Assembly: GCA_963666735.1 (NCBI GenBank)
Contig: OY762926.1
Span: forward strand, 2,592,001-2,656,000
Length of the DNA: 64,000 nt
Reading direction: 5' to 3'
DNA from: Gemmatimonadota bacterium
GTDB taxonomy: Bacteria; Gemmatimonadota; Gemmatimonadetes; Palauibacterales; Palauibacteraceae
Made by a program: the position numbers and the translations under genes
Notes under the pieces: model-generated
Database searches by the model: none
What the model was told of the DNA's origin: nothing
The model's input: the letters and a program-made list of their open reading frames with translations, nothing else
Part shown: piece after piece, positions 38,570-47,331 of the stretch
Layout: every line of letters starts with the position of its first letter
Position numbering within the stretch: position 1 is the first letter of the stretch

Positions 38570-39822
38570 ACACGCGCGCCATCCTCATCGGCCTCGCCCT
38601 CGGGCTGGGACTCGGGATCGCCGCCTCCGTCACCGGCTCTCCCGCGCTCCTGTGGACGGCCGAGGCCGTCGAACCGTTCGGGCAGGTCTTCCTGCGCGCG
38701 ATTCAGATGGTCGTGATTCCGCTCGTGGCCGCGGTCGTGTTCGTCGGCGTGGGGCGGATCGGGAGCCTCCGCAAGCTGGGGCGCATCGGCGGCCTCTCGG
38801 TCGGCTTCTTCTGGATCACGACGCTGCCGGCGATCCTCATCGGGATGGGCGTAATGGGCTTCGCGCTCACCTTCACCGCGCCGGTGCCGCCCCCGACCCC
38901 GACGACGGACCTGAACACGGCGACGCCGGGCATCATCGACTTCCTCGTGAACCTCGTGCCGAGGAACCCGGTACAGGCGGCGGCGGACGGATCGCTGCTC
39001 TCGATCCTCATCTTCGTCGTCCTCCTCGCGGCGGCCACGACGACGCTCCCGCGGGAGAAGCGGGAGTTGCTCACCGGATTCGCGGAGACGGCCGGCGACG
39101 CGCTCATCAAGCTCATGACCTGGGTGCTGTGGACGGCCCCGGTGGGCGTGTTCGGTCTCGCCGCGCCGGTGACCGCGCGCACGGGGCTGGCGATGCTGCA
39201 GAACCTCGGCGTCTTCATCCTCGCCGTGGTCGTGGGCCTCTTCATCCTGAAGGGTCTCGTCCTGCTGCCGATGGTCCGCTTCGCCGGTGGCATGCGGGCG
39301 GGGCGGTTCATCCGCGGCACGGTGGGCACGTACACGGTGGGCTTCACCACGACGACGTCGGTGGGCACGCTGCCGATGATGCTGCGGGAGGCGGAGAAGC
39401 TGGAACTGCGCCGGGACGGCTACACGCTGATCCTCCCGCTGGCGGCCTCGATCAACCGCCCGGGGAGCGCCCTCTTCCAGAGCGCTTCGCTGGTCTTCCT
39501 CGCCGCCATGTACGGGGTTCCGCTCGATGCGGGGCTGATCGCCGCGGCGGTCCTCGCGATCTTCCTCGCCGCCATGACGGTGGCGCCGGTGCCGAGCGCG
39601 AGCATCGTGTCGATGGTGCCCGCACTCGATGTGGTGGGCGTGCCCCTGGCCGGACTCGGGATCCTGCTCGGCATCGACCGCGTGCCCGATGTCTTCCGCT
39701 CGGCGGCGAACGTCATCGGCCACATGGCCGCCGCCACGACCGTCGATGCGATGACGCGAAACGATGGAGGGACGGAGGCGCCCGAGAAGACTGGCGGGAA
39801 TTCACCGGAGGATCCGCCTTGA
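38566..39822 (+). CDS. Dicarboxylate/amino acid:cation symporter (DAACS)
   Basis: FLRAIQMVVIPL, VPRNP, APVGVF, GIDR..D.FR...NV.G; HP1/TM7 motifs are divergent (TTTSVGTLP, INRPG). Confidence 0.9.
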   Translation: MNTRAILIGLALGLGLGIAASVTGSPALLWTAEAVEPFGQVFLRAIQMVVIPLVAAVVFVGVGRIGSLRKLGRIGGLSVGFFWITTLPAILIGMGVMGFALTFTAPVPPPTPTTDLNTATPGIIDFLVNLVPRNPVQAAADGSLLSILIFVVLLAAATTTLPREKRELLTGFAETAGDALIKLMTWVLWTAPVGVFGLAAPVTARTGLAMLQNLGVFILAVVVGLFILKGLVLLPMVRFAGGMRAGRFIRGTVGTYTVGFTTTTSVGTLPMMLREAEKLELRRDGYTLILPLAASINRPGSALFQSASLVFLAAMYGVPLDAGLIAAAVLAIFLAAMTVAPVPSASIVSMVPALDVVGVPLAGLGILLGIDRVPDVFRSAANVIGHMAAATTVDAMTRNDGGTEAPEKTGGNSPEDPP

Positions 39823-39909
39823 GGATTCGATGGTTACACCGAACTCGGAGGGTAGGCCGAAGCTAAGCGGCGAACCTCTTCTCATCGATGCAGGGGAGTG
39901 GGAACTCGG

Positions 39910-40326
39910 ATGGATCGGATAACGCCGGAAACGCGGAGCCGGGTCATGAGCCGTATCCGCGCGAAGGATACGTCTCCGGAGATAGCTGTCCGGCGTTACC
40001 TGCACGCACGAGGATTACGCTTCCGGCTGCACCGCCACGACCTTCCTGGGCGACCGGATCTCGTGCTTCCAAGGTACGCCACCGTCGTGCAAGTCTACGG
40101 CTGCTTCTGGCATCAACACGCCGACCCGAATTGCGGAGATGCCCATCATCCGCGAAGCAATCGAAAGTATTGGATACCGAAGCTGGAGCGTACTCGACGT
40201 CGAGACCGCCGGAACCAGGCTGCACTGGAGGCGATGGGCTGGAACGTGGAGATCATTTGGGCCTGCGAGATTTCCGAAGACCGGCTGCTGCAGCTGGTGG
40301 ATTCGCTTCGTCGGCGCATCGCGTAG
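39910..40326 (+). CDS. vsr: Very short patch repair endonuclease
   Basis: RSRVMSRIRAKDTSPE, LPGRPDLV, GCFWHQH, YW.PKL, GW.V.IIW.CE. Confidence 0.95.
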   Translation: MDRITPETRSRVMSRIRAKDTSPEIAVRRYLHARGLRFRLHRHDLPGRPDLVLPRYATVVQVYGCFWHQHADPNCGDAHHPRSNRKYWIPKLERTRRRDRRNQAALEAMGWNVEIIWACEISEDRLLQLVDSLRRRIA

Positions 40327-40398
40327 CCCACGGCGCTTATCGGTGCTTGGCCGCCAACCACCCACTCCGATGTTCCCGCGCCGCCTCCCATCCCCCCA

Positions 40399-40435
40399 TT
40401 ACGGTGTTGCGATTGCACCCCGTAACCTCTATCTT
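40399..40435 (+). promoter_or_regulatory. Putative sigma70 promoter of the MTase overlapped by an inverted repeat
   Basis: TTGCGA (40407-12)-N17-TATCTT (40430-35); TTACGG...CCGTAA inverted arms at 40399 and 40420. Confidence 0.45.
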
Positions 40436-40472
40436 GGCACCAACCCGTATGAAACCCGAACATCGGCTCTAG

Positions 40473-41654
40473 ATGACACAACCTGAATTCGTCACCGTTG
40501 ACCTGTTTGCGGGAGCTGGGGGGCTCTCCCTTGGCTTCCACGACGCCGGTTTCCGCCCGCTTCTGGGTTCCGACCTCGACGCGGATGCCGCGCGTACGTT
40601 TCGGCACAGTTTTCCCGAGACCGATTTCGCCGAAACGAGAATCGAAGATCTCGACGCAACCGAGATTCTACATGCAACCGGGTGCAGGCGAGGCGAGCTT
40701 GACGTATTGCTCGGCGGTCCACCCTGCCAAGCGTTCAGCGTTTACAATCACCAGCGGGGCTTTCACGACGAACGGTCAGGTTTGTTCCGCGAGTATCTGC
40801 GAATCGTCAAGGGGTTGATGCCGCGCGCGCTGGTCATCGAGAACGTCGTAGGCATGAGCTCTCTAGGGAACGGACGGGCCATCCGGGAAATTCACCGCGA
40901 ACTCGAACTGCTAGGCTTCACGGTTGAGCATCAGATCCTGAAGTCGGAGGAATTCGGTGTCCCCCAGGAGCGCCGAAGGATTTTCTTCCTCGCGTCGCGC
41001 GACGGCCCCGTCGTATGGCCGGAGCCGACTCACGGCAGTCGCGGGAACCTCTTCAGCCAACAGGTGGTGCCCTTCGTGAGCGTTGAAGAGGCGATCTCCG
41101 ACCTGCCCCCGCTCGGCATCGGCGACGGCATCGAGGAACGCGTACCCTATCCGTGTCCGCCGAAAAGCAGCTATCAACGTCGGATGCGCGAGGATTCCCC
41201 CGGGGTCACGAATCACGTCTCCGCCGCCTTGGCGGACATCAATCGGAGACGCATGGCATACATTCCGCAGGGCGGAAGTTGGCGAGATATCCCCTTCGAC
41301 CTGTTGCCTGCGGGGATGCAACGCGCCCGGCGCTGCGATCACACCAAGCGTTACGGACGGCTTCACCCTTCTGGGCTTGCCAGCACGATTCTGACGAAAT
41401 GCGACCTTCACTGGGGGGCTTACATCCATCCCACCCAAGACCGGACCCTCACGGTTCGAGAGGCGGCAAGATTCCAGTCTTTCCCGGACCGAATCAGGTT
41501 CAGCGGTTCTCGCGTCGAGCAGTACCGTCAGGTGGGGAACGCCGTACCGCCACTCTTGGCCAAGGCCGTCGCTGAAGCGGTGAGGAGAATGCTCACTGCG
41601 GGCGCGGCAGCACCGCGACGGGCAGCGGCGCATGTGTCATCACCCGCCGCCTGA
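40473..41654 (+). CDS. dcm: DNA (cytosine-5)-methyltransferase
   Basis: DLFAGAGG (motif I), GGPPCQ (IV), IENV (VI), PQERRR (VIII), LTVREAARFQSFPD (IX), QVGNAVP (X). Confidence 0.97.
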   Translation: MTQPEFVTVDLFAGAGGLSLGFHDAGFRPLLGSDLDADAARTFRHSFPETDFAETRIEDLDATEILHATGCRRGELDVLLGGPPCQAFSVYNHQRGFHDERSGLFREYLRIVKGLMPRALVIENVVGMSSLGNGRAIREIHRELELLGFTVEHQILKSEEFGVPQERRRIFFLASRDGPVVWPEPTHGSRGNLFSQQVVPFVSVEEAISDLPPLGIGDGIEERVPYPCPPKSSYQRRMREDSPGVTNHVSAALADINRRRMAYIPQGGSWRDIPFDLLPAGMQRARRCDHTKRYGRLHPSGLASTILTKCDLHWGAYIHPTQDRTLTVREAARFQSFPDRIRFSGSRVEQYRQVGNAVPPLLAKAVAEAVRRMLTAGAAAPRRAAAHVSSPAA

Positions 41655-41886
41655 CGCAAGCTGATCGGCAGGCCAGCCCAAGGCACGGCCACCGGCTGGA
41701 TAATCCTAACGGCCCGAGGATGTTGCCAGCCTCACGTTCGCTGGGCTTCTGCTCGACCCGAGAAAGCTCGGCTGGGCTCGTCTAGCTTGCCATCGACGCA
41801 TGCTTGATGCAGATATTGGCGTAGCTGAAGAACCTGCACGACCCTTGGATTCCCAAACCCATGAGCCCTCGACACCGACAATTCGA

Positions 41887-42747
41887 ATGAGCCGCTACGG
41901 GATTGCGGAGTGGTACGGTCGACCCTTCTTGGATCTCTGTTCGGACGAACGCCAGAGTTTGGCCGCAACGGCGCCCCAAGCGCTCCAAGAGATTGAGCCC
42001 CCGGATTGTCCGTTTCGTTCGATCACATGCAACAAGCAGGGTGGTGTATGTTCCATCCAGCCCTACGAGGAAGAGGGGGGACGTATCGGGCAAGTCGGCG
42101 GAGAGCCTGTCATTACCTGCCCAAACCGGTTCGAGCACGGACAACTTCTAATTCGCTGGCTGGCAGAGATCGTTAGCTTCTCCTCCGAGGAGGCGATGAT
42201 TGCCCGAGAAGTCCCGTTCATGAGAAGTACGACGACAGGTACGCCGGCGGGCAAGATTGACCTGGTCTTGGCGTCCCTTAGGCAGGGATTGCGATGGTTC
42301 GGACTTGAGGTACAAGCCGTTTATTTCTCCGGTCAGGGCATGTCCGAGGAATTCGAGGCGCTCCGTCACGACGCTCATGAGACACCCCCCTTCCCATTAC
42401 ATGCCCGACGACCGGATTGGCGCTCGTCAAGCGCAAAGCGACTGATGCCCCAGCTACGGGTGAAGGGCCCTACCCTCCGCCGCTGGCACTCCAAGATCGC
42501 AGTCGCTGTCGATGCGCCGTTCTTCGAGTCGCTTGGGGGACCATCGGACCCGCCAAGCCATGACCTCGACTCGGGCGACGTGTTGTGGCTGGTAACCTCA
42601 CTAAGCAACGGTCAGCTGGAGCGCCATCACTGGGAGGTGCTGACGCTCGAAGAATCCGGCAAGAAACTACTCGCGGCGGAGCCAGTTACTCGGGCTGCCT
42701 TTGAACAGGATCTTCGCGGCAAGCTAGCTCCGCTCGGAGAACCGTAG
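41887..42747 (+). CDS. NotI-family type II restriction endonuclease
   Basis: IAEWYG, four-Cys cluster CPF...CNK..GVC...TCPNRF, ID.V...LEVQ nuclease core, RPDWRSSSAKRLMPQL; next to dcm and vsr. Confidence 0.8.
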   Translation: MSRYGIAEWYGRPFLDLCSDERQSLAATAPQALQEIEPPDCPFRSITCNKQGGVCSIQPYEEEGGRIGQVGGEPVITCPNRFEHGQLLIRWLAEIVSFSSEEAMIAREVPFMRSTTTGTPAGKIDLVLASLRQGLRWFGLEVQAVYFSGQGMSEEFEALRHDAHETPPFPLHARRPDWRSSSAKRLMPQLRVKGPTLRRWHSKIAVAVDAPFFESLGGPSDPPSHDLDSGDVLWLVTSLSNGQLERHHWEVLTLEESGKKLLAAEPVTRAAFEQDLRGKLAPLGEP

Positions 42748-42800
42748 GCAGGTGTTATCGCTCGTCGATGTATCTCGAGGGTCTGCCCCCAGAGCTACGC

Positions 42801-42821
42801 ACTTCGCCCGGCGAGTTTTTT
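42801..42821 (+). terminator. Weak hairpin plus T6, possible terminator after the REase
   Basis: acTTCGC-ccg-GCGAGt-ttttt; short stem. Confidence 0.3.
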
Positions 42822-42852
42822 CCTTTGCGGTCACGCGTTGGGGGCCAATACC

Positions 42853-43275
42853 ATGACGAAGCTCCCCGCGTCCGGTCCCCTGCCGAGGCCTCGGGACCCG
42901 GAAGAGGGGCGCGAGACGCTGCGCGAGGAGGCGATCCCGGCCGACGACGTCCAGCGCGTCCGCCTGCGGGCGCTGGAGTTCACGTCGCTGTGCCCGAAGA
43001 CAGGACAGCCGGACTTCGGGAGGGTGACGATCGACTACGAGCCGCGCGACCGCTGCCTGGAGTCGAAGGCGCTCAAGTTCTACCTGTGGTCCTTCCGGGA
43101 CGAGGGGGAGTTCTGCGAGACGCTCGCGGCCCGGATCGCCGATGACATCGTCTACGCCGTGGCACCGCGCTGGGTGCGCGTCAACGTCGAACAGAATGTG
43201 CGCGGCGGCATCGAGATCATTGCCGCCGCCGAGCGCGGCGAGCCGCCCGCAGAAGATTGCCAGCGAACCCACTAA
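42853..43275 (+). CDS. queF: Unimodular QueF (preQ0 nitrile reductase)-like protein
   Basis: EFTSLCPKTGQPDF catalytic Cys/Asp, QueF motif ESKALKFY, RGGI; FCE where FHE is usual. Confidence 0.85.
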   Translation: MTKLPASGPLPRPRDPEEGRETLREEAIPADDVQRVRLRALEFTSLCPKTGQPDFGRVTIDYEPRDRCLESKALKFYLWSFRDEGEFCETLAARIADDIVYAVAPRWVRVNVEQNVRGGIEIIAAAERGEPPAEDCQRTH

Positions 43276-44987
43276 CGTGTCATGCGCGTATCATGAACGG
43301 GGGCTTGACCTCCGATGAGCGCCTCTACCAGATCGGCACGGCGAAAGGCTGCGGACAATCGCTGCAGGGTACGCTCCCGATCCTTGAAGAGAGGCTCCAG
43401 TGCCACCTCGATGTCCCTCTCGGCTCTCGCCGCATAATCTTCCGCCCGAGCCGAGATAAGGTCCTTCGCCTGGTCGAACGTTTGATGGTTCAGCTTCTGG
43501 AGTTCCTTGATCGATAGGTCCATGTCCGCTAGCAGGAACCCGCCCATAAGCATGGCGACGAACCTGGAACCATACGCCAGAAAATCCGGTGCGTCCGGTG
43601 GAGGACGCTTGCGGCGATTCTCCGCCTGCCTAAGCAGCAAAGCTGCCGCTGCCGCCTGTGCACCGTTGAGATCCTCGGTGAAGATCTTGTTGTACAGTGC
43701 CCCAAAATGTTCTCGCCTCGAGAACCTCGCCTGATGTGGCCTCTCCCGCCACACGGCGAGCACCGCCTCCGCAACAACGGCGCTCGTGAATTCCCCCGGC
43801 GATACCTTACGGTCCTCCCGTTTCGTTCGGTATTTATATCCCAATCTGGCGATTGACTCGCCGAGAGCCTTCTGTCGAGCGTCGTTTGACTTCAAATCCC
43901 TAAGATCGACGGGATTCTGACTGTTGGTGGCGAACGTGATGGATTCCACTAGTTCCTGATCCTCCGAATCCAGCTCATAGATGCGCACAAGTACTTGCGC
44001 CGCCCGGATGTCAAGTCCCGTATCCCTGGCCGTCCGCTGAACGGTGCGGGCCGTCTGCCCGCCATTTACGACTTGGCAGTCGGCGAGCTTCACTCGCCAG
44101 TTACCCTTCTCGAGCGCGTTGTGCCGGAACTTGGAGCACGTGATGGTGATTCCGTTGTTGAAGAAATAGAAGTTCCCCCGCTGGGTCTCGTCTCGTAGCG
44201 TGGCCGCCACGGCCTCATTGACCCGGTTACCGGCGAGGCCCAAGTAACGACGGATATTACGCTCGAACAGACGATTGCCATGAAGTTCGGTGAGCCGTGC
44301 GAGTTCCGAGACGGACATGCGTCCGACCAAGACGCGTCGATAATCAAAGGTCTCGACAGTCGCTTCCCCCACGAGCTGGAGGTCTGCGGAAATCTCTCTC
44401 GGCGTTTGCAGTTGGCGGAGTATTTCCTCGGGCCCGATATGACGCCACTCGACTTGCGATCCGAAATCCGCCCGCGCACCGTCGATGCGATCCTCCGCCT
44501 CGGACGACCAACGCCGACCGTTGTTTGCCGCGACTGCGGTGACGTGCGGTATCGCACCGGCCCTGACGAAGGATCGGATGTCCTCGACGCGCTGCGACAG
44601 GCGGTCGTTCAAACTGACCTTCCTCTCGGGGTCGAAGAGCGTGCCGGTCGCGTCGATCAGAGCGGCGATTCCGGTCTCCGGGAACCCGGACTGCCCATCG
44701 AGACGCTGCCGGTATTTCCCTTGGATCAAGACGATGGGAAGCTCACCGTCCTCCGGTGGGTCGAAGTAGATTGCGTCAACGCCGAAATCGTGGGCCCCAT
44801 CGACTATTCCGTCGAATGCCTCGTCGTCGGTAAGGCCGAAGGCGGTCTTTGCCACGAGAAAAAGAAACGCGGCAGAGCGTTTCTTCTGCTCGTCGTTGCC
44901 CATCCCGAGTTCGTCCGTGAGAATGTCCGAGTTGTCTTCAACGATCCCTGTGACGCGCTGGTCGATGATTTGCGTGGCAAGATTCAT
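43272..44987 (-). CDS. AIPR family (abortive infection phage resistance) protein
   Basis: LFERNIRRYLG, FYFFNNGITI, VVNGGQT, ATNSQN.V..RDL.SND; N-terminal D.GVDA...IQGKY nuclease-like motif. Confidence 0.92.
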   Translation of the reverse strand: MNLATQIIDQRVTGIVEDNSDILTDELGMGNDEQKKRSAAFLFLVAKTAFGLTDDEAFDGIVDGAHDFGVDAIYFDPPEDGELPIVLIQGKYRQRLDGQSGFPETGIAALIDATGTLFDPERKVSLNDRLSQRVEDIRSFVRAGAIPHVTAVAANNGRRWSSEAEDRIDGARADFGSQVEWRHIGPEEILRQLQTPREISADLQLVGEATVETFDYRRVLVGRMSVSELARLTELHGNRLFERNIRRYLGLAGNRVNEAVAATLRDETQRGNFYFFNNGITITCSKFRHNALEKGNWRVKLADCQVVNGGQTARTVQRTARDTGLDIRAAQVLVRIYELDSEDQELVESITFATNSQNPVDLRDLKSNDARQKALGESIARLGYKYRTKREDRKVSPGEFTSAVVAEAVLAVWRERPHQARFSRREHFGALYNKIFTEDLNGAQAAAAALLLRQAENRRKRPPPDAPDFLAYGSRFVAMLMGGFLLADMDLSIKELQKLNHQTFDQAKDLISARAEDYAARAERDIEVALEPLFKDRERTLQRLSAAFRRADLVEALIGGQAPVHDTRMTR

Positions 44988-45097
44988 GTCATCTCTTCTG
45001 GCTCGCGGCGCTTCATATGTCCTCCGCAGGTTCGCACGGTTCGACCTTCGGTAACGTAGCCCCTACCGCGGCGGGCGACACAAGTTAGCTCCTCGCT

Positions 45098-46681
45098 TCA
45101 GGGCATTTGGCGCAGGCTGCGGCCGGGGCGGGCGCCGGTCGGCTCCCCGTCCGACCACGTCTCGACGCCCCCGAGCCACACGCTCTCGATGCCCTCCGCC
45201 CGACGGGTCCCGTAGTCGAAGGTCGACCGGTCCACCACGCGCTCCGGGTCGAAGATCACGAGGTCCGCCCGGGCCCCGGCGCGCAGCACGCCCCGGTCGT
45301 TCAGCCCCAGCCGCCGCGCCGGCATCGAGGTCGCGCGCGCGACGGCCCGCTCCAGCGTCAGGATGCCGCGTTCCCGCACGTAGTGGCCCAGCACTCGCGG
45401 GAAGGTCCCCGCCCCGCGCGGATGCGCGCTCCGCACGCCGCCGTCGCTCGCCGTCATCACCCACTCCGAGGCCATGAACGTGTCGACGTCCTCGTCGCTC
45501 ATCGTGTGGCCGATGAGTCCCGAGCCCCCGTTCTCCATGATCCATATGTACGCCTCAACCTCGGTCATCTCCTTGCGCCGGGCGATTTCGTCCAGCCGCA
45601 GCCCGTTGAGTTCGGGCTCGGGTTCGAAGGCGACGATCTGCAGCCGGCCGCCGCCCCCCGCCGCCGCGATCCCCTTCGCGACGGAGTCCGGGTTCGAGAA
45701 CATCCGGGAGCGGACGACGATCGCGAGCCCCGACTGCCAGGCCGCGTACGGGTACTGATCCGCCGTCACGTCCAGTCCTTCCGCGTTGGCCCGCCCGATC
45801 CGCTCCAGCACGTCGGGAGCCCGCCCCCACACCGAAGCGTTGCCCGCCTTGATGTGCGAGATCTGTACGGGGAGACCCGCCTCCCGCCCGATGCGGATGG
45901 CCTCGTCGACCGCTTCGAGCAGCCCCTCCTCCTCATCCCGCATGTGCGACATGTAGAAGCCGCCGTGGCCCGCCGAGGCCCGCGCCAAGGCAATCAACTC
46001 TCCGGTGGAGGAGTAGAAGCCGGGGTCGTATTCGAGTCCGCTGGAGAGGCCGAAGGCCCCTTCCGTCATTCCCTGCTCGACGCGCACCGTCATGTCCGCG
46101 ATCTCGGCGTCGGTCGCGGTGCGCCGGTAATCCTCCCCCAGCACGAGACCGCGCACCGTCCCGTGTCCGACGAGCGTCGCGACGTCCACCGCGGGACGCA
46201 GTTCGTCGATGCGCCCGAGGTAGTCCGAGACCGGCCACGGCGAGGAGCCGTCGGCCCCCACCGCGATCGTCGTGATCCCCTGCGCGAGCTGGGTCGTGGC
46301 CAGGGGTGAATCGAACAAGCGGGTCGTGGAGTGGTTGTGGATGTCGATGAAGCCCGGGGCGAGGACGAGACCCGTGAGGTCGCGCCGTTCGGCGCCGGGC
46401 GGAGCCTCGATGGAGCCGGGCGCGCCGAGCGCCGTAATGCGGCCCCCCTCGATGAGCAGGTCGCCGACATAGCGGGGGGCGCCCGTTCCGTCGACGAGCG
46501 TCGCGTTCGTGAACAGGACCGTGGCCGGTTCCTGCGCCACGCCCCCGGCCGCCTGCGCGGCGGTCCCCTGCGCGGCGGTCCCCTCCGCGGCGCCGGGTCC
46601 GGCCGCACTTCCCAGGATGAGCGCCGTCAGGAGCCGGATGGTTCGCCGGCGGGGGCGGGGGCGTTTCGTTCGAGCAGACAT
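45098..46681 (-). CDS. N-acyl-D-amino-acid deacylase (D-aminoacylase) family, exported
   Basis: PGFIDIHNH, GLSSGLEY, HMRDE, ISHIK, DQYPY, HPRGAGTFPR. Confidence 0.9.
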   Translation of the reverse strand: MSARTKRPRPRRRTIRLLTALILGSAAGPGAAEGTAAQGTAAQAAGGVAQEPATVLFTNATLVDGTGAPRYVGDLLIEGGRITALGAPGSIEAPPGAERRDLTGLVLAPGFIDIHNHSTTRLFDSPLATTQLAQGITTIAVGADGSSPWPVSDYLGRIDELRPAVDVATLVGHGTVRGLVLGEDYRRTATDAEIADMTVRVEQGMTEGAFGLSSGLEYDPGFYSSTGELIALARASAGHGGFYMSHMRDEEEGLLEAVDEAIRIGREAGLPVQISHIKAGNASVWGRAPDVLERIGRANAEGLDVTADQYPYAAWQSGLAIVVRSRMFSNPDSVAKGIAAAGGGGRLQIVAFEPEPELNGLRLDEIARRKEMTEVEAYIWIMENGGSGLIGHTMSDEDVDTFMASEWVMTASDGGVRSAHPRGAGTFPRVLGHYVRERGILTLERAVARATSMPARRLGLNDRGVLRAGARADLVIFDPERVVDRSTFDYGTRRAEGIESVWLGGVETWSDGEPTGARPGRSLRQMP

Positions 46682-46771
46682 ATCGCGTTACCTTCGTGTT
46701 TCCGTGATGATGTACGGGCGCGGTCCCCGAACAGTAGACCCGCCTCGGCAGGTTCCAATAGAGAGAGAACG

Positions 46772-47323
46772 ATGAAAAGATACGCTCGTCTTCCGCTTTC
46801 GTTCGCCACCCTGCTCCTGGCGCTGGCGCCCGCGACGCTGGCGGGCCAGGCCGGGGGCCAGGCCGCCGATGGGCCGCTCAGGATCGGCGTCATCGATCTG
46901 GACGCCGCCGCGTTCGGGTCGCCGGCCGGACAGGAACTCGCGCAGCAGCTGACGGACTTCCAGCAGGAACTCGCCACGGAGCTACAGGTGCGGCAGGAGG
47001 CCGTGCGCGCGGTCGAGCTACGGGTCGCCGAAGCCGACAGCCTGACGGTCGACGAGCGACGGGTGCTCGAACGCGAGTACCAGGACGCCCTCACCGCTTT
47101 CCAGCGCTACCAGCAGGACAAGCAGGAGGAGGCCACGGCCCTTCAGGACGACGGACGCGAGCGGATCCGGGGGGAACTCGCGCCCGTGATCGAAGCGATC
47201 CAGGCGGAACTCGGGTACGACCTGATCCTGAACGCGACGAGCCCCATCATCATCCTGTTCAGCGAACGCGTCGACATCACCCAACTCGTCATCGACCGCC
47301 TCGCGGACGCCCCCGGCCCGTAG
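46772..47323 (+). CDS. skp: OmpH/Skp periplasmic chaperone family
   Basis: Signal peptide, RIGVID, long Gln/Glu coiled coil, GYDLIL...DIT..VI. Confidence 0.8.
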   Translation: MKRYARLPLSFATLLLALAPATLAGQAGGQAADGPLRIGVIDLDAAAFGSPAGQELAQQLTDFQQELATELQVRQEAVRAVELRVAEADSLTVDERRVLEREYQDALTAFQRYQQDKQEEATALQDDGRERIRGELAPVIEAIQAELGYDLILNATSPIIILFSERVDITQLVIDRLADAPGP

Positions 47324-47331
47324 GGGAACCG

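Larger units (their letters stand above)
39823..45060. mobile_element. Compositionally foreign defence islet (vsr-dcm-REase, queF, AIPR); no integrase seen
   Basis: Visibly lower GC and more A/T-ending codons than the flanks, except in queF; seven CTAG tetramers in 5.2 kb versus only a handful spotted elsewhere. Confidence 0.55.

Noticed and set aside
42750..42852. preQ1 riboswitch upstream of queF
   Set aside because: No recognisable preQ1-I stem-loop with A-rich tail; only a weak hairpin plus T-run.
39823..45100. att sites or target duplication around the defence islet
   Set aside because: Only a loose AAG(C/T)TAGCTCC similarity (42721 versus 45082) that does not bracket the islet; no integrase or tRNA.
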